DNA of 62,700 bases, filler included, from Choristocarpus tenellus KU-1152 (Eukaryota; Protista; Phaeophyceae): NCBI GenBank assembly GCA_964200185.2. It is 14 parts of 14 records of this genome, joined end to end, with 100 filler letters (N's around TTAATTAATTAA, not from the genome) between each part and the next. Parts side by side here need not be neighbours in the genome. Positions count along the whole stretch, not along the records: positions 36,683 to 40,984 come from CAXNAD020015212.1; positions 41,085 to 45,862 come from CAXNAD020013097.1; positions 45,963 to 50,816 come from CAXNAD020012788.1; 11 more parts are not named here. One strand, written 5' to 3'. This document shows positions 36,907 to 49,335 of this stretch, one piece after another. Below the pieces are notes generated by a model. That model had not been told where the DNA came from, made no database searches, and was given only the letters and a program-made list of their open reading frames with translations. Position 1 is the first letter of the stretch; each line of letters begins with the position of its first letter. Made by a program: the position numbers and the translations under genes.

Positions 36907-39356
36907 TGAATTGGTTAGTTGTTATAAGGTGTACCACAAACATAAGTACATGTCGCGAACAGAATATAAATATAATCAATACTCCATACTGTCATGGGTT
37001 ACTTTCACATACCGTTTCACCATGTGATTACAATTTTACATTTGGAACCCTGCCTGTGAGACCATCAGGCCTTGCCACAGCAAATAGAGGTAGGATACCA
37101 CGGTAGTTGTCATTGAGGCCAAAGAGTCGCAGCAGATGGAGCACTGATAGAGAGGCACATTGCTAATTACATTCTCAACAACCAAATCAAATTTGCAGCA
37201 CAGTAAGCCGATAATTCCAACCATCTCAACATTGTGTGACTCCTTCACCGAGGAGACAGGTTCAGAATACACCCCCTCTAGGATTCACAACACAATATAA
37301 TTCAACAGTCAACCATTAAATTTCAACCCACCTTAACCCCTCACTCCCCATCCATTGCATCCGTAGTTTATATTTTAAAATTGCTATAGTTTTATGTGTG
37401 CCCATAAATATTTTAGATTTTTGTGGATTGTGTATTTTGTCATGGAGGGTATGCAAGAAGGAAGGGTTAACCTACTAAATGTATTTTGCAGAGATAGATG
37501 AGAGTTGTGTTGTCTTTGGGGATAAAGAAGCTATGTGCAGTGTAGAACACAACAAACAAGACAACAGAGTCTGTGGTGCATATAGCAAAGAAAGACGTTC
37601 CTAGATTTTGCGTAGTTTTTCGAAATGAGAAACACATGCACCCTCCTATATACTCAATACAATAGTACAAAGGTTGCTGAGCCATTATTTACCTACTCTT
37701 TATTAAGTTCTGACTACAGCTATCAGGTACGACGCCTGTACCATCTGAGAACTGAACCTATGTGTGGGAGTGGAAGAGGTCCGATTTTATGGTCTTCAAT
37801 TTTTCCATTCCGTGTAAATACGGAACCAATTTTTTTGTGGGCCAATCCATTTGTAGTCACGGCTGTGATTTATTTTACAATTGCACAGTGCCTCCCCCAC
37901 ATAAAGCAATAATATAGTGATGAATGTGTCCACGAAAAAAACAATGAGAATGATCCAGTGTCGAGCTTCTTGGACAAACTTCACCTGTTCCACCGACCAG
38001 GTGTCTCCCATCCAAAAAACTCCTGAAAAGTCTTGATACTTTCTTTCACTAGCACCATCACTGGCATAGTCTGTCATAGGCACGAATTTCCTGCCTCCTT
38101 CCTTACAACCCTTCTGCCCCTTGACCATCCACTCTGTGGGTTACTATCTCACCAAGACATTACTTCTCTGCTTGTGTACGAAGTCGTCCGAAAAATTCCA
38201 CGTATAACATATTGATAGTCAAGAGGGATATATTCACAAGGGACAATGGTCGCTCAAATCGCTTGCACTTCGAAATCTCGGGTGCTGCAACAGCAGCACC
38301 AACACTCTAATTATGACGCCTGCAGCACATGAAAGACGGCCGACACAAAGGTGTCATAACAATTTGGGGACTGCTTGACTTGTGTGACACGGGGAAGCAA
38401 TAGGGGCAATCTGCTGAAAATACATTCAAGACTTGATAGCTGGAGGAGCAGGTGGAGGCATCACATTTGTATCTCGATAGAATATTGGCGTATTGTGTTG
38501 CTCCAAACAGGTGCACAGCATAATATAGAGCAAGAGACCCTGCCGTATCCAGCACTTCACTGTTTCTAGTCCCCTCTGTTCTCCACCTTTTCCACCTTAG
38601 GCCTTTTAGAGAGATAGGGTCTGCTGAATGATAGAAGGGGACATTTTTATTTACATAAAACAGTGCCAATCATTTTCTATGCTCTTTCCTACATATGGCA
38701 CTTCTGTTACAAAAACAACTCTGGATCTATTTGAACACAAAGCTAACTCATTCTTGCCCTTGCTTCCTGCGTCTAATTCATTGGGAGAGAATCAAAGTAG
38801 TCCCAATACATACGAAGAACAGACTTCCGCAAGAACGGCACACATCTGCTGTCAACACCATTTCATCTGTGCAATTTCATCCATGCACTTGAGCATCAAG
38901 TGACGTCGATGTACTGGGCAGAATAATGAGGAAGGGAAACAGTGTCTGCACTAAATCATCTGTCACGTCCAGTTGATTCGGTTCCCAGCATTTGCGAGGG
39001 TTATAGCTGCAGTTCTATTGCAAACAGAGGACGTATCTCAGCATGCTTGTATTGTATTTATGAATGGTAGCCGTTATCGCAGAGGAATGAGGAAGCACAG
39101 ACAGAAAAAAGGCATACCAGTGGCTACGTCTCTAAGAACGCGTGAACTTGAACAAAACAGCAATACCAAGTATTGAGCCATAGACACAAGAACATGGTCT
39201 AGTAGTGGCACCCAATCAGTCTTACATGCAAACAGCCGGACTCACTGGTGACATTCCACACTATATAACATGTTCCACGAATGACATGTACATTACATCG
39301 GGTAGCCTGGGCAGTGCTCTGCTAATTTGTGCCATGTCGTTTCAACACAGAAACCA

Positions 39357-39650
39357 TCATTGCCTGGTTCCCACCACCCCAGTGATCGACGCGGCACAAG
39401 AGTTGCAGAACCATTGACTGACTAATGGAAGGCCTGTAGCCTTTTGTATGCGTAGGTCTACCTCGGTGGAGCTTACCATCACCTGCCTGTCAGCATCCAA
39501 CCTGTACCCGAGGCACCATGGATGATACCACTCACGGCATGAGTTGCACCTCAGGGCGAAGGCGGGTTTTGTAGCATCCTCGTCCTCTCCACCACAAATT
39601 GCGCAAGGGGAGAATGATTTCGATTTTGGTGGCGCTCGACCTGGCTTCAT
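39357..39650 (-). CDS. PHD-finger (C4HC3) coding exon; further candidate exons near 38130-37985 and 37145-37041
   Basis: CAIC-x15-CNSC-REWYH-PWC-x35-CNSC with WF before the last Cys pair. Confidence 0.7.
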   Translation of the reverse strand: MKPGRAPPKSKSFSPCAICGGEDEDATKPAFALRCNSCREWYHPWCLGYRLDADRQVMVSSTEVDLRIQKATGLPLVSQWFCNSCAASITGVVGTRQ

Positions 39651-40216
39651 GGATGAGGTTAAATCAGGTATCGTAGGTATTGTTTGGGTGACCCTTGTCC
39701 TCTGTATCAACTTACATCCAACCCAACCAAGAATATACGTAATACAGTTTACTAAATATGATACGGCGTCTATACCTATTTTAATGTGTTAATATAATAA
39801 AAATTACAGAAATAGTAGTATATAGTAATGTGTGACGGCTTGGTTGAGTTAGAAAATATTGGCGAAGAGAAAAACAAACAAGATAGGGCGGAAGGACCAA
39901 GACGAACTGTAACCGAGAGGACGAGGTGAGGCTGAACAAGGACAAGTGTGGAGGGCGAGGACTTATAAGAGAACCACGAGAGGAAGAGGAGACTAAAAAA
40001 ATTAAAGGAATCCATTAACCCTTGATATCTTCGGTTAAATTGTCAAGAGAGTCTACCTATGGAACGCGGGACTGGTCTCTTGAAGAAATATATGAACTCT
40101 GTCTCTCACTGGAGATCCTCCACTGAAATCCAGGATTCCTGACAATGAATTAGGGATTCTTGTGATATTGAAATGTTTTTTTCTCTGACGGATCTACAAA
40201 ACATCAGAGAGATAAT

Positions 40217-40715
40217 ACGTCTTTTGACCCTCGTAGTTATAACCTCAACACCTTCGCGATGGAAGTTTTGGGCGCCTCGGTAAGCACGCGGAAAGTTTTT
40301 TGGATGAGCTAGATACCCACGCGGTAGGGGGGAAAGGGACAAAAGGCTACAGCGGGAAAGGGGCGGTCAAATCCCGTCTACGCCAGATAGTCTCAGTCAC
40401 AACGCAAGTAGCCCTATCTCGACGTGTCATTCGTCTTAAGCTGGAGACACCAGGGAGATGGGCAAGGAGGGGCTTGTTAGATTCTTGGGATGCTTCCCTA
40501 GCCCCTCACCCTGGGGTTCAGGACAAAGGTAGGTTGGAGGCACAGGAAGGAAGTGGTACAGCGTAGGTAGTAGTAAGATAGTAAATAGATGATGTCTTTC
40601 ACATTGTACGACAACTGTGACTTTATTAGGGATTTTTTCTGGCATGTGAATAGTTTTACTGGTTTTTCCCCTGACACATCCGCAAAATGTCAGAGGGCAA
40701 AATAGTAAAATAATA
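40217..40715 (+). mobile_element. 5'-truncated copy of the CRE-like non-LTR element
   Basis: SFDPRSYNLNTF..GRLG..VGGKG..KSRLRQIVSVTTQVALSRRV, homologous to 41390-41875 and ending in the same 3' tail. Confidence 0.85.
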
Positions 40716-40888
40716 GCTTAGGCAAGCCATTACGGATGCAAAGAACAGGGTACAAGAGGGTACAAGGTCTGGGGAACAATGGAACTGCCCCCCTGAGAGG
40801 GAAAACACCCCAACCTCCCTGCGGACGACCTTCGTGAGGGCGAGCAGCAACTTTGCACCAAGCCCCAATGGGATACGCCCCAGCCATA

Positions 40889-40984
40889 AGCTCGAAGTAT
40901 TTGTGGGGGGGGGGAGGGGGGGTTTCACCAGGGTATCCAATTGGACCCTGACCAGGAGAAGTAAACTTCAATTATCCATCCGAC
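40889..40984 (+). mobile_element. MITE family A, truncated by contig end
   Basis: AGCTCGAAGTATTTG..CACCAGGGTATCCAATTGGACCCTGACCAGG. Confidence 0.85.
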
Positions 40985-41084
40985 NNNNNNNNNNNNNNNN
41001 NNNNNNNNNNNNNNNNNNNNNNNNNNNNTTAATTAATTAANNNNNNNNNNNNNNNNNNNNNNNNNNNNNNNNNNNNNNNNNNNN

Positions 41085-41875
41085 CAGGGGGACAGGTACG
41101 ACAGCGCACTCCAATGGTAAAACGCCTGCACCAACTATGCAAGGGGATGGGCATCCCTTGCACTACGGAGGACGGTAGCCCTTTCACATTGGACAGGAAT
41201 CTCCGCATGGATCTGGTGTTCCACGCAGAGGCACTAGCGGGCGCCGGAACAGCTCCCTACAGGGACAAAGGTCTTCTGCTAGATGTCACCTTTGCAGAGG
41301 TACAGGCAACCTCCCACCTAACCCACTCATCCACCAGCAATGGTGTAGCTGCTGCCGCAGCTGAGGTGCAAAAGCACACTCACTACGAGGGCTCCTTTGA
41401 TCCTTGAAGTTATAACCTCAACACCTTCACGGTGGAAAGTTATGGATGCCTCGGCAAGTAAGCGGAATGCTTCCTGGATGAGCTGGCTACTCACATGGTA
41501 GGGGGGAAAGGAGCAGGAGGATATAGCAGGCAAGGAGTAGTCAAATCCCGGCTACGCCAAATTGTTTCGGTGACTATGCAAGCGGCATTGTCTAGACGTG
41601 TTATGCGCCTTAAACTAGAGTCACCAGGGAGATGGGCACGGAGGGGTTTGTTGGATTCTTGGGATGCTTCCCTAGCTCCCCCTCCCGGGGTGCAGGAGTA
41701 GGTAGATGGGAAGCGCAGGAAGGCAGTAGTACAATATTGATAACGGTGAAGTAAAAGATTAGTGTTTTTCACATTTATGATATTTTATTTCTTTAGGGCT
41801 TATACTGACATATGTATAGTTTTCATTTGTTTCCCCCCTGACACATCTGCAAAATGTCAGAGGGCATAATAATAT
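41085..41875 (+). mobile_element. Non-LTR retrotransposon 3' end, restriction-like endonuclease (RLE) domain, CRE-like; degenerate
   Basis: LRMDLV..LLLDVT..AEVQKHTHY..TVESYGCLG matches RLE motifs R(P/M)D, DVT, K..(K/H)Y and VE..G; two in-frame stops; 3' UTR ends GAGGGCATAATAATA. Confidence 0.8.
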
Positions 41876-41894
41876 ATATATATATATATATATG

Positions 41895-41997
41895 TATGAC
41901 AACTGTTGTTTTTTTAGGGTTTATTCTGACGTGTGAATAGTTTTTGTTGATTTTCCCCTGACAAATCTGGAAAATGTCAGAGGGCATAATAAAAAAA
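41895..41997 (+). repeat. Short 3'-tail copy of the CRE-like element; other copies at 61027-61135 (-) and 60181-60305 (-, interrupted)
   Basis: TTTAGGG..ATAGTTTT..CCCCTGACA..AAAATGTCAGAGGGCATAATAA. Confidence 0.85.
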
Positions 41998-42419
41998 TAC
42001 ATGATCAGATACTCTCGACAGAAGAATGATATATCATTCATCATACCAAAATATCGATATGATATAATAGGGACGTCCAGCCAAACAACCACATTTTTTA
42101 GTTCTTCAACCTCGAGTTTTTTCTGTTGCAGGAGACCTGTAGTGCGTATAAGCAGTCTATATGAAATGTACGTATGTACGGGTAGACTTAAGGTTCTTCC
42201 ATGTGGGTATAGTCGACAAATTCGCCACAACAACAATAGGTAGAATATGTAAGTCAGTCTGTCATACATCATCACCTGAAATGCAAACGTTTTCATAATG
42301 ACAACTCGACTGGAGTGGGATTGTTGCGTGTTGTGTCCTTGAGAGGATGCAGAACCGCTCATCACATAACAACCACTTCTGTGAGTCAACCTTCTACCAT
42401 GATAGTTCTGCTTGTCGTT

Positions 42420-42900
42420 ATGACAGATGAGGGTATGGCGAGCATGCCAAACATGTACTTGAACATGCAAGGTGAAGTCGACAGTGAACAAGACGTGAAT
42501 GATCTAGAAGAAAGTGGCGTAGTGGATAATGAGGAAGTCGATTGTGTAGTTGAGGTATTGGGTGTGAAACTTGTCTTCAACACCAAAGTAAGGTCACGAG
42601 TTTGGAAATTTCTTTCGTACAGGTGCCGGCATGCCTTTCGAGCTGAGGGCATGGTTGGAGATCACCTACGAGGACAAACTACAAACCACCTTTATGTATA
42701 CTGCCACTGTATGCAACCTGTTGACGCGGATGAGGTGAAGGAGCTTGTTGATCCCACAAAATAGTTTAAGATAAAGGAGGAGGAGATTAGAGAGTTGAAG
42801 AAATTGCCACACGGAAGTATTTGCCTGCACATGTCACTTCAGCTACGTCTGAATGGTTGATCTCCTCTGCTGGCAACACAACCACTGCAAAGCACAACTG
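42420..42900 (+). mobile_element. Possible BED zinc-finger, DNA-transposase N-terminal remnant
   Basis: Acidic leader, then KVRSRVWKFL..YVYCHC, and a frameshifted GNTTTAKH; no catalytic domain seen. Confidence 0.35.
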
Positions 42901-43189
42901 CCTCTCTGGGGCAGTTGATGTCAATGTGATAATGTACTATTCTGGGGATGGCATTTGGTGCTCGGGTGTGGATGGCGTAGGTTGCAGGAAATGTTGGTGA
43001 TGGTGGAGACAAACGCAGCACCCTGTGTAGGGTTCTTGTCTCCTCTGGCTGGAGATCTTCTGTCTAGATGGGCTTAGGGTAGAGGACCAAATGTATTATT
43101 TTCTCTTCACTAGGTTGTATTTGCCTTGCTGGTGTCCCTCCAGATACTGCTCTGACTGTTAGCCCCAGGTGAGTGACACAACTCGAACA

Positions 43190-43530
43190 TTTACACTATT
43201 TTCTCGAAGACGTTCCACCAAATCTAAGACTTTGTCGAAGTGGATGGTATGTGGTTTTCCATCTGCACGGACGATCAGAAGTACTACCTCTATGATTATG
43301 ATGAATCTCCTGCTCACAAGGTGGCCCAAAGTATCTGGGGGAGGGGGGGGATCTACACTAGGGTGTCCATTTGGGCCATAACCAGGAAAAGTGCACTTAC
43401 ATTATCCATCGGACGTATGCAACCAAATCATCCAAAAATCTTGACATTGAAATATTGATCCCAAATGGACAGCTACCACCCCCCTCCCAGATACTTTGAA
43501 CCAGGTGCAGTGCAAGAGCCACATTTACTT
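43190..43530 (+). mobile_element. Third DD39D-type mariner transposase fragment, interrupted by a MITE A copy
   Basis: KTFHQI*DFVEVDGMWF..KYYLYDYDESPAHK^VQCKSHI matches the VHxDEKWF..YYL..DE.P...VQHKSHI motif once the MITE is removed. Confidence 0.75.
43323..43502 (+). mobile_element. MITE family A, full length, 4-bp TSD AGGT
   Basis: aggt|GGCCCAAAGTATCTGGG..CCCAGATACTTTGAACC|aggt. Confidence 0.95.
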
Positions 43531-45047
43531 ATTAACCCAAAAATCAACTGCACTTCTGCCAGTCCAAATCAATACTACGTTCCCGACAAGATATGTACGT
43601 AGTATTTTTTTATGCCCACTGACATTTTGTGCACGTCACAACATTTGGGTTGATGGTTTGTCCTTCTTATGCTCCTCATTTCCTTTTCTCTCCCATTGTG
43701 TGGAATGTGATCAGTGGTATTTAGATTGGATGGACCTGGAGTCACCCTGGATTTCTTCTCTTTTTTGCCCTACAGAGCCACACCAATTGAGAGGCAGGCA
43801 GGTCCGAACTCTTTTGCAACCTAAGCCATCATTATTACCATGTGCAATGCACTATTTCATTGCTTTATGTGCACAATAGCGTACGCAAAATTGTTACTCC
43901 TCCTTCCACACACAAAGTGAAACCGCAATTCAGCAAATCATTCTGCAATTGTACAAAATGGCATATTTTTTTCCTTTTTCTTGATCCTTGAAATGCAACC
44001 CTGCCTATATCTCAGTTGGTTTGACTCTTTCCCATCGAAGGACCTAGTGGTGTGTGACGACATTACTACATCTTACCCCAAGTATTGGAGATTTGGTGCA
44101 TTACATCTGGTTTTTTCTTTGTCACCCTATAGATTATTTATCTGTAATTTATTTGTCTATACATTTTTTCTTCTTCAGTAGTACTTCCATTTTTTGAACC
44201 AACGTGTATTGCTTTCTGTTGGAACCAGGGGTTCAATGAATCGTGCTCTCTTGTACAGTGAGAGGTTGTTTGGTGCATCGATGTTGGGTATTCCTTTGTA
44301 TATTCGAAGGACGAGATTTATGATCTTTGCAGAGGCTTGTCACCTACCTAGTGAGGAGGAGTTTTGTGGATGTCTAACTATGAATATATAGCATCCAGTT
44401 GTGTATCAGGTACAGTGTGTACGTGGGGGCAAGGCCAACCAAAGAAAAGGAAGAAACACTGTATGAGATACAATTGGTGGTTCTATTAAGAAGAAAAAAA
44501 GACACAAACTTAATCAATATCTGAGACACCTCATGTGGGACATACTATACTTAAATGTCTCAGAGATGTCGACTGTGTCATACTTGCTAACAACCATGGA
44601 ATTGCAACGGTAATTTAATAGCCTATAAATGTAGTATGAATGATGTAAAAGGTGAGCAACGACCAGTAGTGATGTGTGAATCAACAGTCACTATGAACTT
44701 GTAGTACGATATATTATCAATATAACACAAAAGACAAGTAACGTATGTTTCAACACCCTTCGACAACCCTTTCGACCATGCATGACTCAACATGTGAATA
44801 AATAATACTTCGAAAAAAACTGGAACAACAATAGTAGAAACCAAAAGTACTGAAATATATATATATATATATATATATAACAGGAAGAGACACGAAACCC
44901 AAGTGGAAGGCAGAGAATGCATCAAATTCAACGAGACAAAATAAACCCGTTCCAATACGCCACCTATTGGTACATCCGACAAGAAAAAGTCAACCCCGAC
45001 CACCCTACACTACACCCGAGGAACCTGTGGACTGGTAATGGCATTTA

Positions 45048-45229
45048 GGCTCAAAATATCTGGGGGGGGTGGCGGCTATCCATTTGGGGTCAATTTTTTC
45101 ATGTCGCAATTTTTGGGTGATTTGGTTGCATACGTCTAATGGATAATAAAAATGCACTTTTCCTGATTTTGGCCCAAATGGACACCCTGGTGTAGACCCC
45201 TCCCCCCCGCCAGATAGATACTTTGGGTC
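45048..45229 (-). mobile_element. MITE family A, full length, 3-bp TSD TTA
   Basis: tta|GGCTCAAAATATCTGGG..AGATACTTTGGGTC|tta. Confidence 0.93.
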
Positions 45230-46019
45230 TTAGTCTGAAAACAGTCAAGAAACACACACACACACACACACAAGAGATGTGACTAACACACACAGCTACC
45301 AAATAGTCCTAGTCTGGAACTATGAAGGTGGTCTAGGAACAAGGGAAAGGTCACACAAGTCTGTCAAGTCCCACTTCACCCACAGGCTCGGTCTCTCCAG
45401 CTTGAAGTTCATGATCCATGAGCTATCCAAGCTTAGAGGGGGGTGTCGTTGAGTATTTGTTTGGAGTTCCTCCCTGTGACTCCCTTCTGGTCGTACATAC
45501 AAAAGAGTAACTTCGCACTTTTTGTCTTGTCAAATAACAGCCGATCATCAAAATTGAGGATGGAGCTTTTTATTGAGGATGAGCGAGACGCGGATTCGTG
45601 TGCGGAAAGTGCACATATGTTTTTTTTAATAAATATTGTGGCACTTTTGGAGGGCCCCGCTACGAATGGGAATCCATCCCGACCAAGGTGGTAGTAGGAC
45701 AGTGTGTGGGGGGCGGCAACGATCTCGTTTGATCGTCGTGTACATGTATGCCCTGCGTTGGCTTGCTTGCTTGAATAATTAGTGCGGTCAGTGGAGTCGT
45801 TTGACTGTCGATGGTGGCGATGGTAGAAAATAATAGTACTTCGAAGTAGTTTTTTTCGGGGCNNNNNNNNNNNNNNNNNNNNNNNNNNNNNNNNNNNNNN
45901 NNNNNNTTAATTAATTAANNNNNNNNNNNNNNNNNNNNNNNNNNNNNNNNNNNNNNNNNNNNCTGTCTCGTGTGCCGTCGCCGCCTTCCTCCATCACCTC
46001 CACAACCCCATCCCCTCCT

Positions 46020-47193
46020 CCTTCAATTCTCGTACTGTTTGGGTGTCATAAAACCCGTACAACACGCTACAGACCACAGGGTAACTCTGTTTTAGAGCGT
46101 GTCCATTCTACTCTGCATCGAATGTTATCCATGTACAGTAACATAGCAGAGAATAATTGGGCGACTGTTGTTCCATTCCTTCAATTGGCTCACAATACGG
46201 CATACAATACCACATTACAAGAAACACCCTTTTCCCTGCCAGTTAGCTTTAGAATTGGCGCGTCGCAATCTGGGAGAACGGAATGCTAAAAAATTGCTAG
46301 CAATGAAACTCTTGTTTTCCCCGTGTTTCAAGTTGGAGCGCAAGTTTTGGTGCACCGTCCACATGCTGACCGTGACAGTCCTAATCCAAAATTGATTCAC
46401 CCCTGGCATCGACCTTTCAAAGTGACTGCCAAGATTACATTCCGAACACACAACCACCTGAACCTGATTTTATGAAGTTCAATGAATTTTTTCTTGACCG
46501 AACTTTACCCTTACCGGATCTTGATTATTTAGAATCCCCGGAAATCGTTGGTCCTTATATTATTGAAGCTATTGTGGGACACAAGTTTGGCCGTGGACCT
46601 CGTTCACCTACGAACATAGAATATAGATTACGCCTTAAAGGTTATGATCATGCTTCTGATGTATTCTATCGTCCAAGTGTTTTCCACAACGTCCAGAAAT
46701 GATTGCTGCATATCGGCAACAACATTGTCTCGAACACCTAATTCCGACACAAAACCTTTGGTTAATGTCCACTCTGATCCATGAAAAAGTTTCCATACTT
46801 GATTGAACTTTATACTGGAGGCGATATTTTTTTAATATATTGGTGTTGCGAATTATGTTTGTGTTTCAGTCATTATATTTGTGGTTATGTTGTTCAATAT
46901 ATATATATCAATACAAAAAAAAAATTCACATGGATGTTTGTTTGACCAATATCAACTTATACTAAGTTGAATATTATATTTTGTACATGTGCACCCATGT
47001 ATGAACGGAGAAGACCCAAGTTAATTTTTTCCAACTGACTCTTGCACACTTGTTTTTTTTATTTCACTTTAATTTGTATTTTTCTTTTTTTCAAGAGGAC
47101 AACTGTTTTGTTCAACAGTTATTTAAGTGATGGTGTATGGTCAACTCCATCCCCATGTTTGTCCACGGTTTAAACTTGGCTTTCTTTTCCAAC
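46020..47193 (+). mobile_element. Ty3/Gypsy integrase core end, GPY/F module, chromodomain and 3' UTR, with internal deletions
   Basis: TTRYRPQGNSVLERVHSTL..W..VPFLQLAHNT....LQETPF (rve); NPKLIHPW; YIIEAIVGHK..EYRLRLKGY. Confidence 0.92.
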
Positions 47194-47649
47194 TTTGTGT
47201 GGAAAGCATGTTTGTCTTTTGTTATACCGTTATTGTCATATACCGTTATACCGTTGTACCGTTGTACCGATTGAGGTTCCTCATCAAGCATCCATGATTC
47301 CACTGGCGGACCTTCCGTCAGAATGAAACCATGGAATCACTTCATGAGACCAATCCCACAGACTTGGGACAGCTCGTCATTCAGAGTTGTCACACATGGA
47401 AGATCCACTTTGTTCTCACATCTTGACTTGTGGTGATGAAGCCCCATCTTTGAAGATGTGCCCATCACTCCTCGTTTGCACTTGTCCAACCTTAACCTCA
47501 TACCCTCGGTCGCGGTTCGTGTTTATTTGTCTAGTCCGTCTTGCCCGGTGATTCTCTTCACCATCCTTGCCTGAGTGAACCACACCGCCACAGAATCACA
47601 TGATTCACATTGGCAACACCGATGACCTCAAAAATAGGGTAACGGGGAA

Positions 47650-49335
47650 TGTTTTGTTTGACCATGACGAAATATGCCAAATTCAAGATCGAGGCGAAAA
47701 CGTCATGCACAGGAGCGCCTGACTCCACATCCGGAACCATCCAGAACACCAGAGAGAGAGGTCTAAGGTCACACAACCAATTATCGACTCTGACTCATCT
47801 ATTGTCACGTCTAGCCCGTCTAGAAACATAACACTTGCCAAACGTAGACAAGGTTCCCCTCCTTCCCCCCCAACAGATCGTCAAGCTCATGTCAGACCTG
47901 TGTTGTCGACCCTTGAGCATCATGTTAGCTCGGGCAACCGTGATACTCGTCGGGTCCTCTTTCAGGAAGAACCGGTCCCACCTCCAAGTTCCACTACTTG
48001 TGAGGTGGCGATTTCACAGGCCAAATTCGGTGATGCTGTACCAACATTCATTGCACACCACGTCAACGAGTGCGCAAGAACACTGTGCCTCCTGAATGGC
48101 TTCAGGACCTACTAAAACTTCAAGTTCAGGGAACGGGCATCGATCATGTACGTTCCGTTGAACAGAGTAGCGACGTTGCACACCCAGAACCACTGTCAGA
48201 AAGGAGTCGTTTCAGGTTTTCCGCTTTGAAAATCCCGTCTGGTCTGACAATTACAGGTTCTGGCCAAGAAGATTTGCCAATTTTGTTCTCTAAATGGCGT
48301 GTTGTAATACCATTTCATTCTAGTCAGTACGGTCCTGCATCCCCTGAAAGAGTTGACGCTCGTTGTGTACAATGTTTACCGAAAATTCTTCAAGGACCTG
48401 CTGAAACATTCTACTTTCAGGCATTAACTGGTACGATAGAATGGCGTTCATCAAGTGATTTGGCTCGATTGCAATCGTCCCTTGACACCCCTATCCCCAT
48501 TACACCGTCAATGGCGTGGGATGATGTACAGAAAGACTTGATCAACGAATTAAATCCCGCCCATGCTGTAAGTGTATCAGTCTGTAGACTAGCATCATTG
48601 AAACAAGGAGAGAATAAGTCTGTCGGCAAATATACTATAGGTTACACAACAGCAATGAATCGTTTTTTTTTATGATGTTTGTCGTACAAACTCGTCCTCA
48701 GATTCGGTCGACACAACAACTTTACTTGTCAAGCAACTGAAAATAACCCTGATGGAAGACAGCTTACTCCCTACGATTCGTCTTGAGCAGATTCGGGAAG
48801 AACCTGCCACCACGTTTGCCCAGGCTCGTGATCATGCCAAAGGGCATGAAGCCAACAATCTGTCTGGTAAGAATTCCAGCCCAACAACTTCCACAAGTGC
48901 TGTGACCCTCAACCCTCTCCGTGGACAGGTTCCTCGAGCAGAAATTATACAGTTACAACGAGAATGTCAATGGCTCCGTACGGAGGTGGAAGGTCACCGA
49001 GTGGGGGAGGAAACCCTCAACAGGTCCCCAGCTCCGTCGTTGACAAGTCCACCTACCGCAGCCAGTTCAACTGACAGAGCATCACGACCCTTGGACATGT
49101 CACATTACGCAGAGACACCATCAACACTCCAGTACACCGTTGATCAACACCAAGCAGTGTGTGCCATTACCCGGATTGTCAGGCAGTGACCCGTGAGGGT
49201 CATTCAACCCAGTTGTGCCTAGACAATCCGAGGGGTACTCGTCGGCTGCACCTGCGTCTTAGAGGAAGGGGTCATGGTGATTGTGTTCGTGATGATAGAC
49301 AGCCAACACCGGGCCATTATGTCCCTCGTCCCTAG
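47650..49335 (+). mobile_element. Degenerate Ty3/Gypsy-type gag
   Basis: L.GPA..FY..AWDDVQKDLINELNP..LASLKQGENKSVGKY (Retrotrans_gag-like) and SLLPTIRLEQIREEPATTFAQARDHAK..E; frameshifts and stops. Confidence 0.7.
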
